From an uncultured Verrucomicrobiae bacterium (lineage in GTDB: Bacteria > Verrucomicrobiota > Verrucomicrobiia > Limisphaerales > JAHDYP01), in NCBI GenBank assembly GCA_963765535.1, contig CAVXWU010000017.1, forward strand, positions 34,891-98,890: a stretch of 64,000 bases of DNA, written 5' to 3'. How positions within the stretch are numbered: position 1 is the first letter of the stretch; each line of letters starts with the position of its first letter. Position numbers and translations under genes: made by a program. Under the pieces are notes generated by a model, which was not told the origin of the DNA, did not search any database, and saw nothing but the letters and a program-made list of their open reading frames with translations. This document shows, in pieces, positions 49,709 to 59,089 of the stretch.

Positions 49709-50781
49709 TCAGAGGCATTGCAGTCGGAAGAAGCCGATCGGCCCAGCAAACGGAACCTCGATGGAAATTGTAAATGGTTCGCCCTCGTTGGACCAGACGG
49801 GGTCGGCCAACGAAGTTTTCCGCTGCAGCTGAAAGGTGCCCTGCTGCTGCACCATGATCGTGATGCCGCCCTCGGATTGGTCGATATGCATGGTCGCACG
49901 AAGCTGCATGCCGGGATCCGATTCGGCAAAGGCGCGCTCGGCCAACTCCCAGCCATCCTGGTCCATGCCCCACACACCTGTGCTGATCCACATCCCAAAG
50001 AATCCCGATATGCGAGCCACGACTTCTCCAGCCCACCGGTAGGTGTTGCCTTCCTTGACCCAGACGGGCCCTCCACTGTTGCCACCCCCGATTGCGACAT
50101 CGCCGAGCTCGAGAAAATTGTCCTTAAGCACGGTGGCCGCATTGGTGACTGGGCCAGTCTCCCGCATTAAGAACCGAGTTGGATCGGCTTTGTCGTACAG
50201 GCCAAAGGGATAACCCGTGATCAGTTTGCCGCGAGTAGAGCCAAGTGCGACCAGGCCGTCATCGTATGCAGGTGCACTCCTGCCCTGGGCGAGATCTTCG
50301 TAAGCATAAGCCGCCACAAAGTCCTCGGAAAAGGCCTCAGAACTATTCTGGCCACGGACTCGTGCCAGATCCGCATACTGGCTGAAGACGTGAAATCCCC
50401 GCAGCTGTTGTCCCTCCTCAAGTTTCGGGACGTTACTTTGGTACCAGCAGCCGTGCCAACGTTACATCATAGAACCATGCGTACGCACCGGCCTCGGTGT
50501 CGTAGACAACGTGTGCCGCACTGAAAGCGACCTTGGGATAACGAACCACAGCCCCACTACCGCCCCACCGGTCGCCTTCGACATTTCGTGAGATAATCAA
50601 GCCGGTGTAACAGTAGGGTGCGTCGTTGATCGCGATCGCGGGCACAATTTCTGGCGTACAGTTCAAAGGTCGCATAGGTGTTGACGTGGGTCGTGAGTGC
50701 AAGCAAGACAACCGTCGTTCCGATGAGCCCCCGGAAGCGTCGCGTCCGGTTGTAAATTCCGTTCAGAGTCTTGGTTTTCAT
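49709..50781 (-). pseudogene. Secreted trypsin-like (S1) serine protease with two frameshifts
   Basis: Signal peptide; SAAHV, DFVA and GNSGGP in different frames; extra bases near 50656 and 50459; C-terminal FFRL domain. Confidence 0.75.
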
Positions 50782-50818
50782 GATGAGGGTCGTTGAGTTC
50801 TATTTGGTTGACGCCTTC

Positions 50819-52096
50819 CTATTGCCGAGGAAGCAGCCCACTCCGTCGGGCGCTTTCGACGTGGGAGCGGAGTCGTTGTTCGACTTCGTCGAGCATTGAG
50901 GCAACACCGCCGAATCGGGAGTCGCCTTTCCACTGAACCACCGCCGTCAGCGCGGCATCGTCGATACTGGCTTGTTCCCTGATGGTACAAGGCTGGTCAA
51001 CGGTCATTAGATGCTGTCCGAGGAATCGATTGAAGAGGGGGAACAAGTGTCCAAACCTTGCAAGTTCCTCACTTGAAGCATTCACTTCGAGTAGGTAATC
51101 TTCAACGGCTTTTCGTTGAGCTGGATCACGAACATCGGCCCGGGCCACAAGCGAAGCCCTAAGGGCTGTTTCTTCTCTGAAAAGGTCGGCGTCCTGGGTG
51201 AGAAACGGAAGGGCGGTTGAGGGTTGGCCCAATATGAGGTTGTCCAACACCACGGGAATGAGTGGCGCGATATCTGGAGAGTCCTGCGCGGCCTTGAGGG
51301 TTTCGGGGATGAGGCTCAAGTCACCGAGCAACACCACCGAATCAAGAGCTTCGGCATAACCCCGCGTTGGGGAGGTCCGCCAATCCTCGCGGACGATGAG
51401 TTGGCGCACCGACTGTTGGAACAACGGGTTCGCTTGAGCACCCGGACTTCGACCAAGGTTTCGCAACGCCACCGCCCATTCATCGGAAGAATTGCTCGCT
51501 TCGAAGATGTGCTCGGCGTAGTCGGCGGCGGCCACGGGATCCAACTGCCCAAGCCAGTCCAACGCGGCAACGCGAACGCTCGGAGATTCGGCCAGAACCC
51601 CTCCCGAGGCAACGCGAAACTCCATCCCGGTGGTCGCATCCTCGCCCGACTCGAGAAATTGCAGGATCTGAACGGTTCTCTCCTCGGGCGGCAGAGCCCC
51701 GAGTTCCGCCCAAGTGGTGGCCAGGAGTTCTCGAGAGGTGTCGGTCTGCGGCAGCAGCCTTAGGCCTTGGGCCAGACGACCCAGCAGGCCCCCCACGAGT
51801 GCGGGACTCGCGGCACGGGGCCTCACAGTCTTGGCCGAGACTGCGGCCCGGATCGGTGCCGTGCGAGAAACGTCCTCCTCTACGCCGCCGTCACGAACAT
51901 CTTTCGGTTCCTGAGTCCTGCCCGTTCGCGCCACCAATACAAAGACACCCAGGAGAGCCAAGACCGACAGCCAGGCGAAGCCCGGACGACACGGCGTCGG
52001 CTTAGACCCCCATGCGCGAGCGGTTGCATGCTTTTCCATGGGATTCGATGGTTCGGATCGTGTGCGTTGATTTGTAGAGCCAGATTGGGGTTTCAT
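50819..52096 (-). CDS. Hypothetical membrane-anchored alpha-helical (HEAT-like) protein
   Basis: 425-aa ORF with an N-terminal TM, SGEDA.TG..F.V..GG.L...P..RV..LD.L; start may be the second ATG. Confidence 0.7.
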   Translation of the reverse strand: MKPQSGSTNQRTRSEPSNPMEKHATARAWGSKPTPCRPGFAWLSVLALLGVFVLVARTGRTQEPKDVRDGGVEEDVSRTAPIRAAVSAKTVRPRAASPALVGGLLGRLAQGLRLLPQTDTSRELLATTWAELGALPPEERTVQILQFLESGEDATTGMEFRVASGGVLAESPSVRVAALDWLGQLDPVAAADYAEHIFEASNSSDEWAVALRNLGRSPGAQANPLFQQSVRQLIVREDWRTSPTRGYAEALDSVVLLGDLSLIPETLKAAQDSPDIAPLIPVVLDNLILGQPSTALPFLTQDADLFREETALRASLVARADVRDPAQRKAVEDYLLEVNASSEELARFGHLFPLFNRFLGQHLMTVDQPCTIREQASIDDAALTAVVQWKGDSRFGGVASMLDEVEQRLRSHVESARRSGLLPRQ

Positions 52097-52349
52097 GAGG
52101 TCCTCTTGTAGTGCTCGCGCTTAATTGAAGCGGCTTGGGCTAGATCGGACAGCGGACTGAACCCGCCCAGGAGTTCCGTCTGTCTGCCACGATTTTCTTT
52201 GGGAATTGCCATCACTCCCTGCTACGGCGGATCTGGGACTTCCTTACCTGGAATCGTCAACCAAATGGCACTAGGGCCTCCTCCGCGAGCGATGGAGGAA
52301 AGGCAGACGGTGCGGCCCGGATGGAGAGGGGGTTGCTTGCGGCGAACCG

Positions 52350-53108
52350 CTATCGGTAGATAGCGCTCAAGAGTTCACGCAGTTCACGCTTGACGTCCTG
52401 AATGCCAACGACGGTTTCTGCGACTTCTGATTCAAGCAGTGCTTGGAAGCGCTTCCTAAGGTCGTGCACGGCTTTTGCCACCGCCCCCGCGCTGATCTGC
52501 AGTTGCAGAGCAATCTCAGTATGGCCTCCGACAAGCCTTTCTCCCTGTAACGCTGGATGCAAAAGTTCAAATCGCTCGGCATTCCCGGCCTGCGCGTATT
52601 CCTCCTTCAGTCGGGCCAACGCGTGATGGATGACGGTCAGCGCCCAGCGTCGATCAAAGAGTCGCGCCGGATCATCCACCTCAACTGGTTCGGCCAAATA
52701 CCGCCCTTCGGCATCCTGGACATCAATAGAAATTCGCCCCATCCCACCGCCCCGTTTGATTCGTTGGTCGTGATCCCATTGATCGATCATGAAGCGCTTG
52801 AGCCCCGTGAGCAGGTAATTGCGAAACCGGCCTCGTTCCTGGCGCGCCTTAACCAGACGGTTGGATTCCGGGTCTAGCAGGCGCAAGAGAAAGCCCTGAA
52901 CTAGATCCTCGGCATCGTGCGGTGAGTGGCCCGAGCGCCGCGCAAATGCGTAGAGGGGATACCCATACCGGCGACATAGCTCTTCCAGGGCCTCACGGGC
53001 CGCAGGGTTGGCTGGATCGGCGCAGGCCCGCACGACGCTCCAACGGGTTTGCGAGAATTGAGCTCTGGAACAGGATGAAGGCACCGAGTCGGTCGATCGA
53101 CTTGCCAT
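52350..53108 (-). CDS. ECF sigma-70 factor (STK-associated type)
   Basis: F..TRWSVV, ALEELC.RY..PLYAFARR, DAEDLVQ.F, GRFR.YL, KRGG, FDR.WA. Confidence 0.9.
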   Translation of the reverse strand: MASRSTDSVPSSCSRAQFSQTRWSVVRACADPANPAAREALEELCRRYGYPLYAFARRSGHSPHDAEDLVQGFLLRLLDPESNRLVKARQERGRFRNYLLTGLKRFMIDQWDHDQRIKRGGGMGRISIDVQDAEGRYLAEPVEVDDPARLFDRRWALTVIHHALARLKEEYAQAGNAERFELLHPALQGERLVGGHTEIALQLQISAGAVAKAVHDLRKRFQALLESEVAETVVGIQDVKRELRELLSAIYR

Positions 53109-53313
53109 GTGCCCTGTATCCCACATCCGCGTAACGCCTGCACGCTGATTCGACGAGGGTAGTCCGTTGGGCAAGGGGCGTTTCATCTGACTGGTCAACC
53201 CGGGCCCTGAGTGCTCGCGCCTTGACTTAAATCCTCCGGAGAGCACCGGCGCGCAGAAAAGCAGCCATGCTCCTTGATCCAGTCGGTGTCGTATTTAGAG
53301 GGAAAAAGCGTTG

Positions 53314-53920
53314 GGGCAGCCGGATTTAGGATTCCCCTTGGCTGGGATGCTGACTCTGACTGCGGTGGCCGTGTTCTGCGGGGTCGTTCGGGGCAAGAAG
53401 GATCCGGCGGCCTTTGCCAGGACCCTTTCCGATCACCAACTTCGAGCCTTGCGCTTTCGCCGGGACAAGAAGACCGGCAAGCCGCGCTGTCCGGGGGTGA
53501 CGACGTTCTTTCGCATTCTCAACGAGGTGGACGAAATCGCCTTGGAGTTGGCGCTCCTGGCTTGGCAGAACCAGGTGCTCGGGCCGGTGCAAGACCGCAT
53601 CATTGCCCTGGATGGCAAAGCCCTGCGCCATTCTCAAGGAGGGGAATTGGTTAGCGCCCTGGGAGCTGAAAGCGGACGTTGGTTGGGCACGGTGCGAAGC
53701 CTCCGGCAAGATCTGGCCGGTCATCACCAGTGCCGATCCAAAGACCTGGAACGCCAAGGCATTGCTCCAATGCCGGCGGGACTATTGGGGCATCGAAGAA
53801 GTCTTCCATCAACGGCTGGACGCTACCCTCGAGGAAGATCGAAGCCGAACTTGCAAGGCCAGAGGCTCGGAATGCCAGATAGACGCACCATAGTAAGGCG
53901 TGCGCTAATCCGGATTGCCC
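53314..53920 (+). mobile_element. Internally deleted ISAs1-family (H-repeat) element
   Basis: IALDGK.LR.S and R.YWGIE..H..LD..L.EDRSR in different frames; imperfect IRs GGGCAGCCGGATTTAG / CTAATCCGGATTGCCC. Confidence 0.75.
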
Positions 53921-54038
53921 TTGACCGTCAGACCCAGAATCGTCCAGCATAATAGCCAAACCAGCTAGGTCATTGGACCGCGAGGCGAGTTGCTGTGGCC
54001 CGGACGCGGGCAGGCGGTAAGAATCCTTCTGCTTCCCG

Positions 54039-56696
54039 ATGGAGTCGCGGTTGTGTCAAGTCTGTAGTGCCGAGGTTCCCGTCGATGCTCCGATGGGACT
54101 CTGCCCGCGATGCTTGATGGACTCCATTGTCTTCGGCACTTGCATTCCGGATGATGGTGCCTCCTCGAATAGTCTGGCCGAACTCCTCATTGCCGGCTGT
54201 TTCGTTGCCAAAGGTCGATTCCGATTGATTCGCTTACTTGGTCTCGGTGGAATGGGCGTCGTCTGGCTGGCCGAGGACGTCAGCCTGAACCATCCGGTAG
54301 CACTGAAATTCCTCTCGCGGCGCGTCCGAGATAAGGTCGCGGAGTTGCAACGGCAGCGCGAAGAGCTTTTACACGCTCGCAGGCTACGCCACCCGAACAT
54401 TGTCACCCTGTTCGACTGGCATGAAGCCGAGGGTGAGATCCCGTTTATTTCGATGGAATTTATCGAAGGCGATACCCTGACACGGTACCGGCTCCGTCAG
54501 CCCTTTCAGGTTGTGACTTGGGCGCAGCTTCATCCCTTGATCCTGCAAATGGGCGAAGCCCTGAAATACGCCCACGAGCATGAGCGCATTGTGCATCGTG
54601 ACCTCAAGCCGGGTAACCTGATGCTCACACCCGACGGCGTCCTAAAGGTGGCGGATTTCGGACTGGCTCAAGTCTATTTGCCGGTAGACGACAGCCCCCC
54701 GACGGCCCACCGGATGGAAGGGACCCTCCTTTACATGAGTCCCCAACAGTCCCAGGGAGTCACTCCCCGACCCACGGACGATATTTACTCACTAGGTGCA
54801 ACTCTTTATGAACTACTGACCGGCACACCTCCATTCTATCCGGACGAGGTTGAACAGCAGCTTCTTAACATGCGCGTTCAATCCATGTCTGAGCGACTCG
54901 CAGCCCTCGAAGTCAATAACCCTGCTCCCGCGAAGGCACGAGTCCTCATCGGCAGTTGCCTGGAGAAAGACCCACTACTGCGCCCACAATCCGTGCGCGA
55001 GTTTCTCAGTCGACTTCCCTCAATCGATCCTCACGCCGCGCAGACCACCGCGTCTGCAGCTCCGCGAGAACCATGGCATAGCGTCTTCACAGAGCCTCCG
55101 CCGTCGAATCGGATCCTGGCTTTGTTCAAGAACGTGTCGATCCCACTCCTGGTCGTCGGGCTCGTTGGGTTCGTCTTGATTCTTATCGGAGTGATTCCGA
55201 GCCGCTTCTTGCTTTGGACCGATGCTCAAAGGGCTGCTGCGCAGCTCGCACCCTCCCACTCGGCCGCATCGGAATTCGATGCGGCTATCCAAGCCTCGAA
55301 TCCCTCCGAACCTCGCGCTTCAGAGGCGTCTGCGGGCCAAACCGGGTCCCTCTCTTTTCAGTTGACGGCAACCGATTCACAGTTGAAGAAGTTTTCATAT
55401 TCGCTCTTTGACTCGAAAGGGCAGCTTTCGGTCTCGAATCAATCTGCCTCCCCCGGGAAACCGGTTACGTTGCCCCCCTTACCGGTCGGCCGTTACGAAC
55501 TCGTCGCTTACCTGCCCGAGGTGGGCGGTATGATTCGCACCAACGTCATTGTCCAGGAATCCCTTGGGCCAAGCCTTGGAATCAACTTTAGCTGGACTCC
55601 GCTTAAGGTCTTTGCGAGTCCCGCAGATGCCCGTATCACCGTCCACCGACCTACCCTGACAGACGCGAATGCACTCAAACACATTCTTAGCGGCGAAGAG
55701 GTTTTGGTGTATCCGGGGATACGGAGAATCGACGTTTCGTTGCGGGGCTATTTCAATCTAACCACGAATGTGTTCGTTGCGCCTGCATCCCAAGATGAGA
55801 GCCAGTCGATCGAAGTCGATCTCGAACCGCAACTGTGGCCAGGGCAAGAGGCACTGGAATGGACCAACTCGATCGGCATGAAATTCTCTCGGTTGTCTAA
55901 GAATGGCACTCTGATGGCGACAACCGAGGTCACAAGAGAGCAATACCGCCACTTCGCTGAAGCGGCCGATCCTCCCCTCACTCCAGGCATGAATTGCCTC
56001 ACCATGGCAGGATGGTCGTTTATCCCGACCCGCTCATGGGAAGATCCCGGCTTCGCCCAAGAAGAGAATCACCCGGTCGTGGGCGTAAGTTGGGAAGAAG
56101 CCAATCGTTTCTGCGAGTGGTTGGCTCGGGTCGAACGCCATCAACGCCGCCTTGCCCCGAGCCAGACCTACTCACTACCCACAGACATCGAGTATAACCT
56201 CGCCATCTGGGATCAGGAGAGCAGCATTGAGAAGCGGGACTCCAGGGGAAACCTCCTGTTGCAATGGCCCTGGCAGGAGGAAGAGTTCCGCTCGAAACTC
56301 AACTTCGCAGGTAATGAACTGACCCAGAGCCCTTATCCTTGGCCCTGGGATTTAAGTTTCTCTGCCCGGTCCAGCAAAGACGAGTTTGTTCGGACCGCCC
56401 CGGCTGACGACCCTGGCGACTTCAATCCGATCAACGGTTGCTACGGCCTGGCAGGGAACGTCGCCGAATGGTGTCTCGGGCTCTACCAGGCTTCATTGAA
56501 TCCGACGGAGATCCGCGAGGCCGATCTCGACTTCTTTCGAGTCGACGGAGCCAATCGCCGCATGATCCGAGGTGGTTCGTGGTTCGACCATGATGACATT
56601 GACTTGAGCCCGCACACCCGGCGACCCGTGCCTCCCAGCGCCCGACACGATCACATTGGCTTCCGCGTCGTCCTCCACGTTGCCGACGAGCGCTGA
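54039..56696 (+). CDS. Membrane Ser/Thr kinase with PEGA-like and FGE-sulfatase (CLec-fold) domains
   Basis: N-terminal CxxC..CPRC, LG.GGMG.V, VALK, HRDLKPGN, DFGLA, DIYSLG; TM; TNSIGM.F, TEVT, HPVVGVSW, GNVAEW, RGGSW, IGFRV. Confidence 0.92.
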   Translation: MESRLCQVCSAEVPVDAPMGLCPRCLMDSIVFGTCIPDDGASSNSLAELLIAGCFVAKGRFRLIRLLGLGGMGVVWLAEDVSLNHPVALKFLSRRVRDKVAELQRQREELLHARRLRHPNIVTLFDWHEAEGEIPFISMEFIEGDTLTRYRLRQPFQVVTWAQLHPLILQMGEALKYAHEHERIVHRDLKPGNLMLTPDGVLKVADFGLAQVYLPVDDSPPTAHRMEGTLLYMSPQQSQGVTPRPTDDIYSLGATLYELLTGTPPFYPDEVEQQLLNMRVQSMSERLAALEVNNPAPAKARVLIGSCLEKDPLLRPQSVREFLSRLPSIDPHAAQTTASAAPREPWHSVFTEPPPSNRILALFKNVSIPLLVVGLVGFVLILIGVIPSRFLLWTDAQRAAAQLAPSHSAASEFDAAIQASNPSEPRASEASAGQTGSLSFQLTATDSQLKKFSYSLFDSKGQLSVSNQSASPGKPVTLPPLPVGRYELVAYLPEVGGMIRTNVIVQESLGPSLGINFSWTPLKVFASPADARITVHRPTLTDANALKHILSGEEVLVYPGIRRIDVSLRGYFNLTTNVFVAPASQDESQSIEVDLEPQLWPGQEALEWTNSIGMKFSRLSKNGTLMATTEVTREQYRHFAEAADPPLTPGMNCLTMAGWSFIPTRSWEDPGFAQEENHPVVGVSWEEANRFCEWLARVERHQRRLAPSQTYSLPTDIEYNLAIWDQESSIEKRDSRGNLLLQWPWQEEEFRSKLNFAGNELTQSPYPWPWDLSFSARSSKDEFVRTAPADDPGDFNPINGCYGLAGNVAEWCLGLYQASLNPTEIREADLDFFRVDGANRRMIRGGSWFDHDDIDLSPHTRRPVPPSARHDHIGFRVVLHVADER

Positions 56697-56701
56697 ATGC
56701 C

Positions 56702-57724
56702 ATGCAGAACTCTATGTCAGCCGCACTACTAATCCTCGTCTTTGCGATCGCCCCATCAGTTATTCAAGGCTCGGAGCTTGTCCTTGCGCCTTATTTTGGC
56801 GACAATATGGTGCTCCAACAGGCCCGGGGCAAGAGCCACGGTCAGAGGGAAACCCTGGTCTGGGGATGGAGTGGCGAGAAGATCAGGCTCGAACTCGAGC
56901 TGAGACAATCGGGAAAGACAGCTTATTCAACCCGAGATGTCGGTTGGGCTCGAGAAAAGTCTACCGAAAATACTTGGAGATGGACCGCTGCTTTTCGCGA
57001 CCTGGCTAGCGGCGGGCCATTCACCCTCCGGATCTCTTCGCCTTCTGAGCGCACCGGCATCAGTCTCATCGAGCACCAAAACGTGGCAATTGGCGAAGTC
57101 TGGGTGCTTAGCCGATGGTTGCCCATTTGGTCGCCCGACCCATCAATGCCTAGGGATCTTCCGATGCGCGCCTCCACGCTTCGAGATCTGGAAACAGAAT
57201 GTGGCCCCTTGGTAAGGGCCACAGAACTGGAAAACCTTCCGTCTCTGACACTCCCCCCGGCACCGCGACAGCCATGGAGAGAACTCCGCGATATCGATCC
57301 ATTGCGCGATGGTCTAGCGGTCTTCGACTTGGAATTCGGCCGCCTCCTATTGGAGGGATCACAATCCTCCGTGCAGTACGTCGGAATCATTCACCTGCCG
57401 GACGTCACTTTGAAACCGATACGCCCTTGGAATGCACCGGTACACGGTGCGGTCGATTCGGGCTATAGCCAGAGTATCGACTGGGCGTTCGACTCTTGTT
57501 TCAAGGCCTGGAGTTCATTGTCCGAGGAATACAAGGAATTTGAAGCGCGTTATCGTACCTATTGTGATCCGAGCGCAGCGAAGAGGCATGCTAGCCGAAC
57601 CTGCCCACTTCCCCTCATGGAACATGCAACTGAATGTAATCGCAGGGGCACAGCATGGCGCCCATTCCACGGGCGACCTGCCAGGGCTGGAGTACAGCGT
57701 CCGTGGCACAATCTGGCTTACTGA
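56702..57724 (+). CDS. Divergent sialate O-acetylesterase-like secreted protein
   Basis: FGDNMVLQQ, VWG, GGPF.L, NVAIGEVW; GQSNM motif absent; possible late frameshift (RGTIW in another frame). Confidence 0.55.
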   Translation: MQNSMSAALLILVFAIAPSVIQGSELVLAPYFGDNMVLQQARGKSHGQRETLVWGWSGEKIRLELELRQSGKTAYSTRDVGWAREKSTENTWRWTAAFRDLASGGPFTLRISSPSERTGISLIEHQNVAIGEVWVLSRWLPIWSPDPSMPRDLPMRASTLRDLETECGPLVRATELENLPSLTLPPAPRQPWRELRDIDPLRDGLAVFDLEFGRLLLEGSQSSVQYVGIIHLPDVTLKPIRPWNAPVHGAVDSGYSQSIDWAFDSCFKAWSSLSEEYKEFEARYRTYCDPSAAKRHASRTCPLPLMEHATECNRRGTAWRPFHGRPARAGVQRPWHNLAY

Positions 57725-57825
57725 TTAGCCCCTTGGCTATAAAGCCGAGCAGCCGGAAAACACCGGGACATCCCCAAACAATTCGTTCCAGCTTTCTTTC
57801 ACATTCCTATGGGATGGCTGTGGCT

Positions 57826-58599
57826 TTATCTGAAAGATTTACGCAGCCTCCAACGGAACAAGCCCCAGGCCACAAGGCTTGCACCAATCAAACCCAATCC
57901 GGAACCACCCTCGGGAACTGAGATCCCATGAACGACTGAGATCCCATGAACCTCTGCGACCAAGTCGTTATAATCATAATCGCCGCCGTCGGTATCTTCG
58001 AATGCGATGACATACGTGGGATCAGTCAGTGCCGTGATGCCATCTGGAGTGCTTGGAATACCTGGAGTATTCAGGTAACCAGTGACCAGGAAGGTCACCA
58101 TGTGGTCTTTACCATCGCCGTTCAAGGATGGAGCGGATGACTGAAACGTGCTCCCGCCGTTGGGAGTGCGATCGGCTAACAGGAAAGGGGTCGATGGTAA
58201 ATTGGGAAGGGCGATGACACTAGCGCCGCGAACAGGAGGATCGTCCGTACTGGATCCACTCCAAGTCAGACCAGACGCCGTAATCGCGCTTGTGCCATTG
58301 GGTTTGGTCAGGTACAGACTTTGGCTGTTACCAGCGTATATCGCATCGAAGATTATGCCGTTTTGACCAACTGCGTCAGTCCAAAAGATGTCAGCGGCGT
58401 CATCAACGCGTGTGAAATTCCCGGCGCCGTAAATCCACTCCATGATACCAGCGCCCCCTCCGCCTCCGGTGGAATCGTAAAGGTTCCACTCACCCACTCC
58501 AGCCGGCTGGGTTGGCCCGATGTCGTTCACGGGGGTATTGAAGGCGTTGGTGTTAAAAGCCATTAACGAAGCAAACCCGCAGATGAGCATTCTTCTCAT
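57826..58599 (-). CDS. PEP-CTERM/VPDSG-CTERM protein with DUF4114-like domain
   Basis: Signal peptide; IAFED..GGD.DYNDLV; VPEGGS + TM + RWRLRK tail. Confidence 0.88.
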   Translation of the reverse strand: MRRMLICGFASLMAFNTNAFNTPVNDIGPTQPAGVGEWNLYDSTGGGGGAGIMEWIYGAGNFTRVDDAADIFWTDAVGQNGIIFDAIYAGNSQSLYLTKPNGTSAITASGLTWSGSSTDDPPVRGASVIALPNLPSTPFLLADRTPNGGSTFQSSAPSLNGDGKDHMVTFLVTGYLNTPGIPSTPDGITALTDPTYVIAFEDTDGGDYDYNDLVAEVHGISVVHGISVPEGGSGLGLIGASLVAWGLFRWRLRKSFR

Positions 58600-58663
58600 A
58601 CCTGTTTTCCTGAGTTGTTACGTGGTGGAGGGCATAGGAGCCAGAGCCCTCAACTGTCCGGAC

Positions 58664-58678
58664 GCTATCTGAATGCCA
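58664..58678 (-). promoter_or_regulatory. Candidate sigma-54 (-24/-12) promoter
   Basis: Minus strand TGGCATTCAGATAGC with GG-N10-GC spacing, ~65 bp upstream of the PEP-CTERM gene. Confidence 0.45.
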
Positions 58679-59089
58679 AGCCGGTCCAGGACAGTAAATC
58701 GAATCGCATTCCAAATACATTAAGTCACTGGTGCGCAATGCATAATTACGACTCAAACCCGTCGAGTGGAAATTATGTCATCGCTGAGGCGAGCCTCTGC
58801 AAGTGCAGTGAAGCAATGCTCGCGCAATGCACCGGCACTGCCTAAGCCGTAACAATTCAGTAGCCTGCTGACTTTCGACGGATTTCTGCACTGGCATCGA
58901 TTCTCCGAAACTGCTGGCGATCCAACGCATCGGCAGCCAATCCAGTTTCACTCGCTTCTCTCAGGGCTTCACCAGGTGACGGCCTCGACACTGCGCTCCC
59001 GGTAGTTCACCACGGGCGGGATCCTCAGTGAGACCGGTGGGGTGACGACCATTCGATTGGCGCGTGGAAATGTTCGCTCATCCGGAAAA

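Noticed and set aside
56560-56690. FGE-sulfatase C-terminus as a DGR variable region
   Set aside because: No second near-identical template repeat and no reverse transcriptase seen in the window
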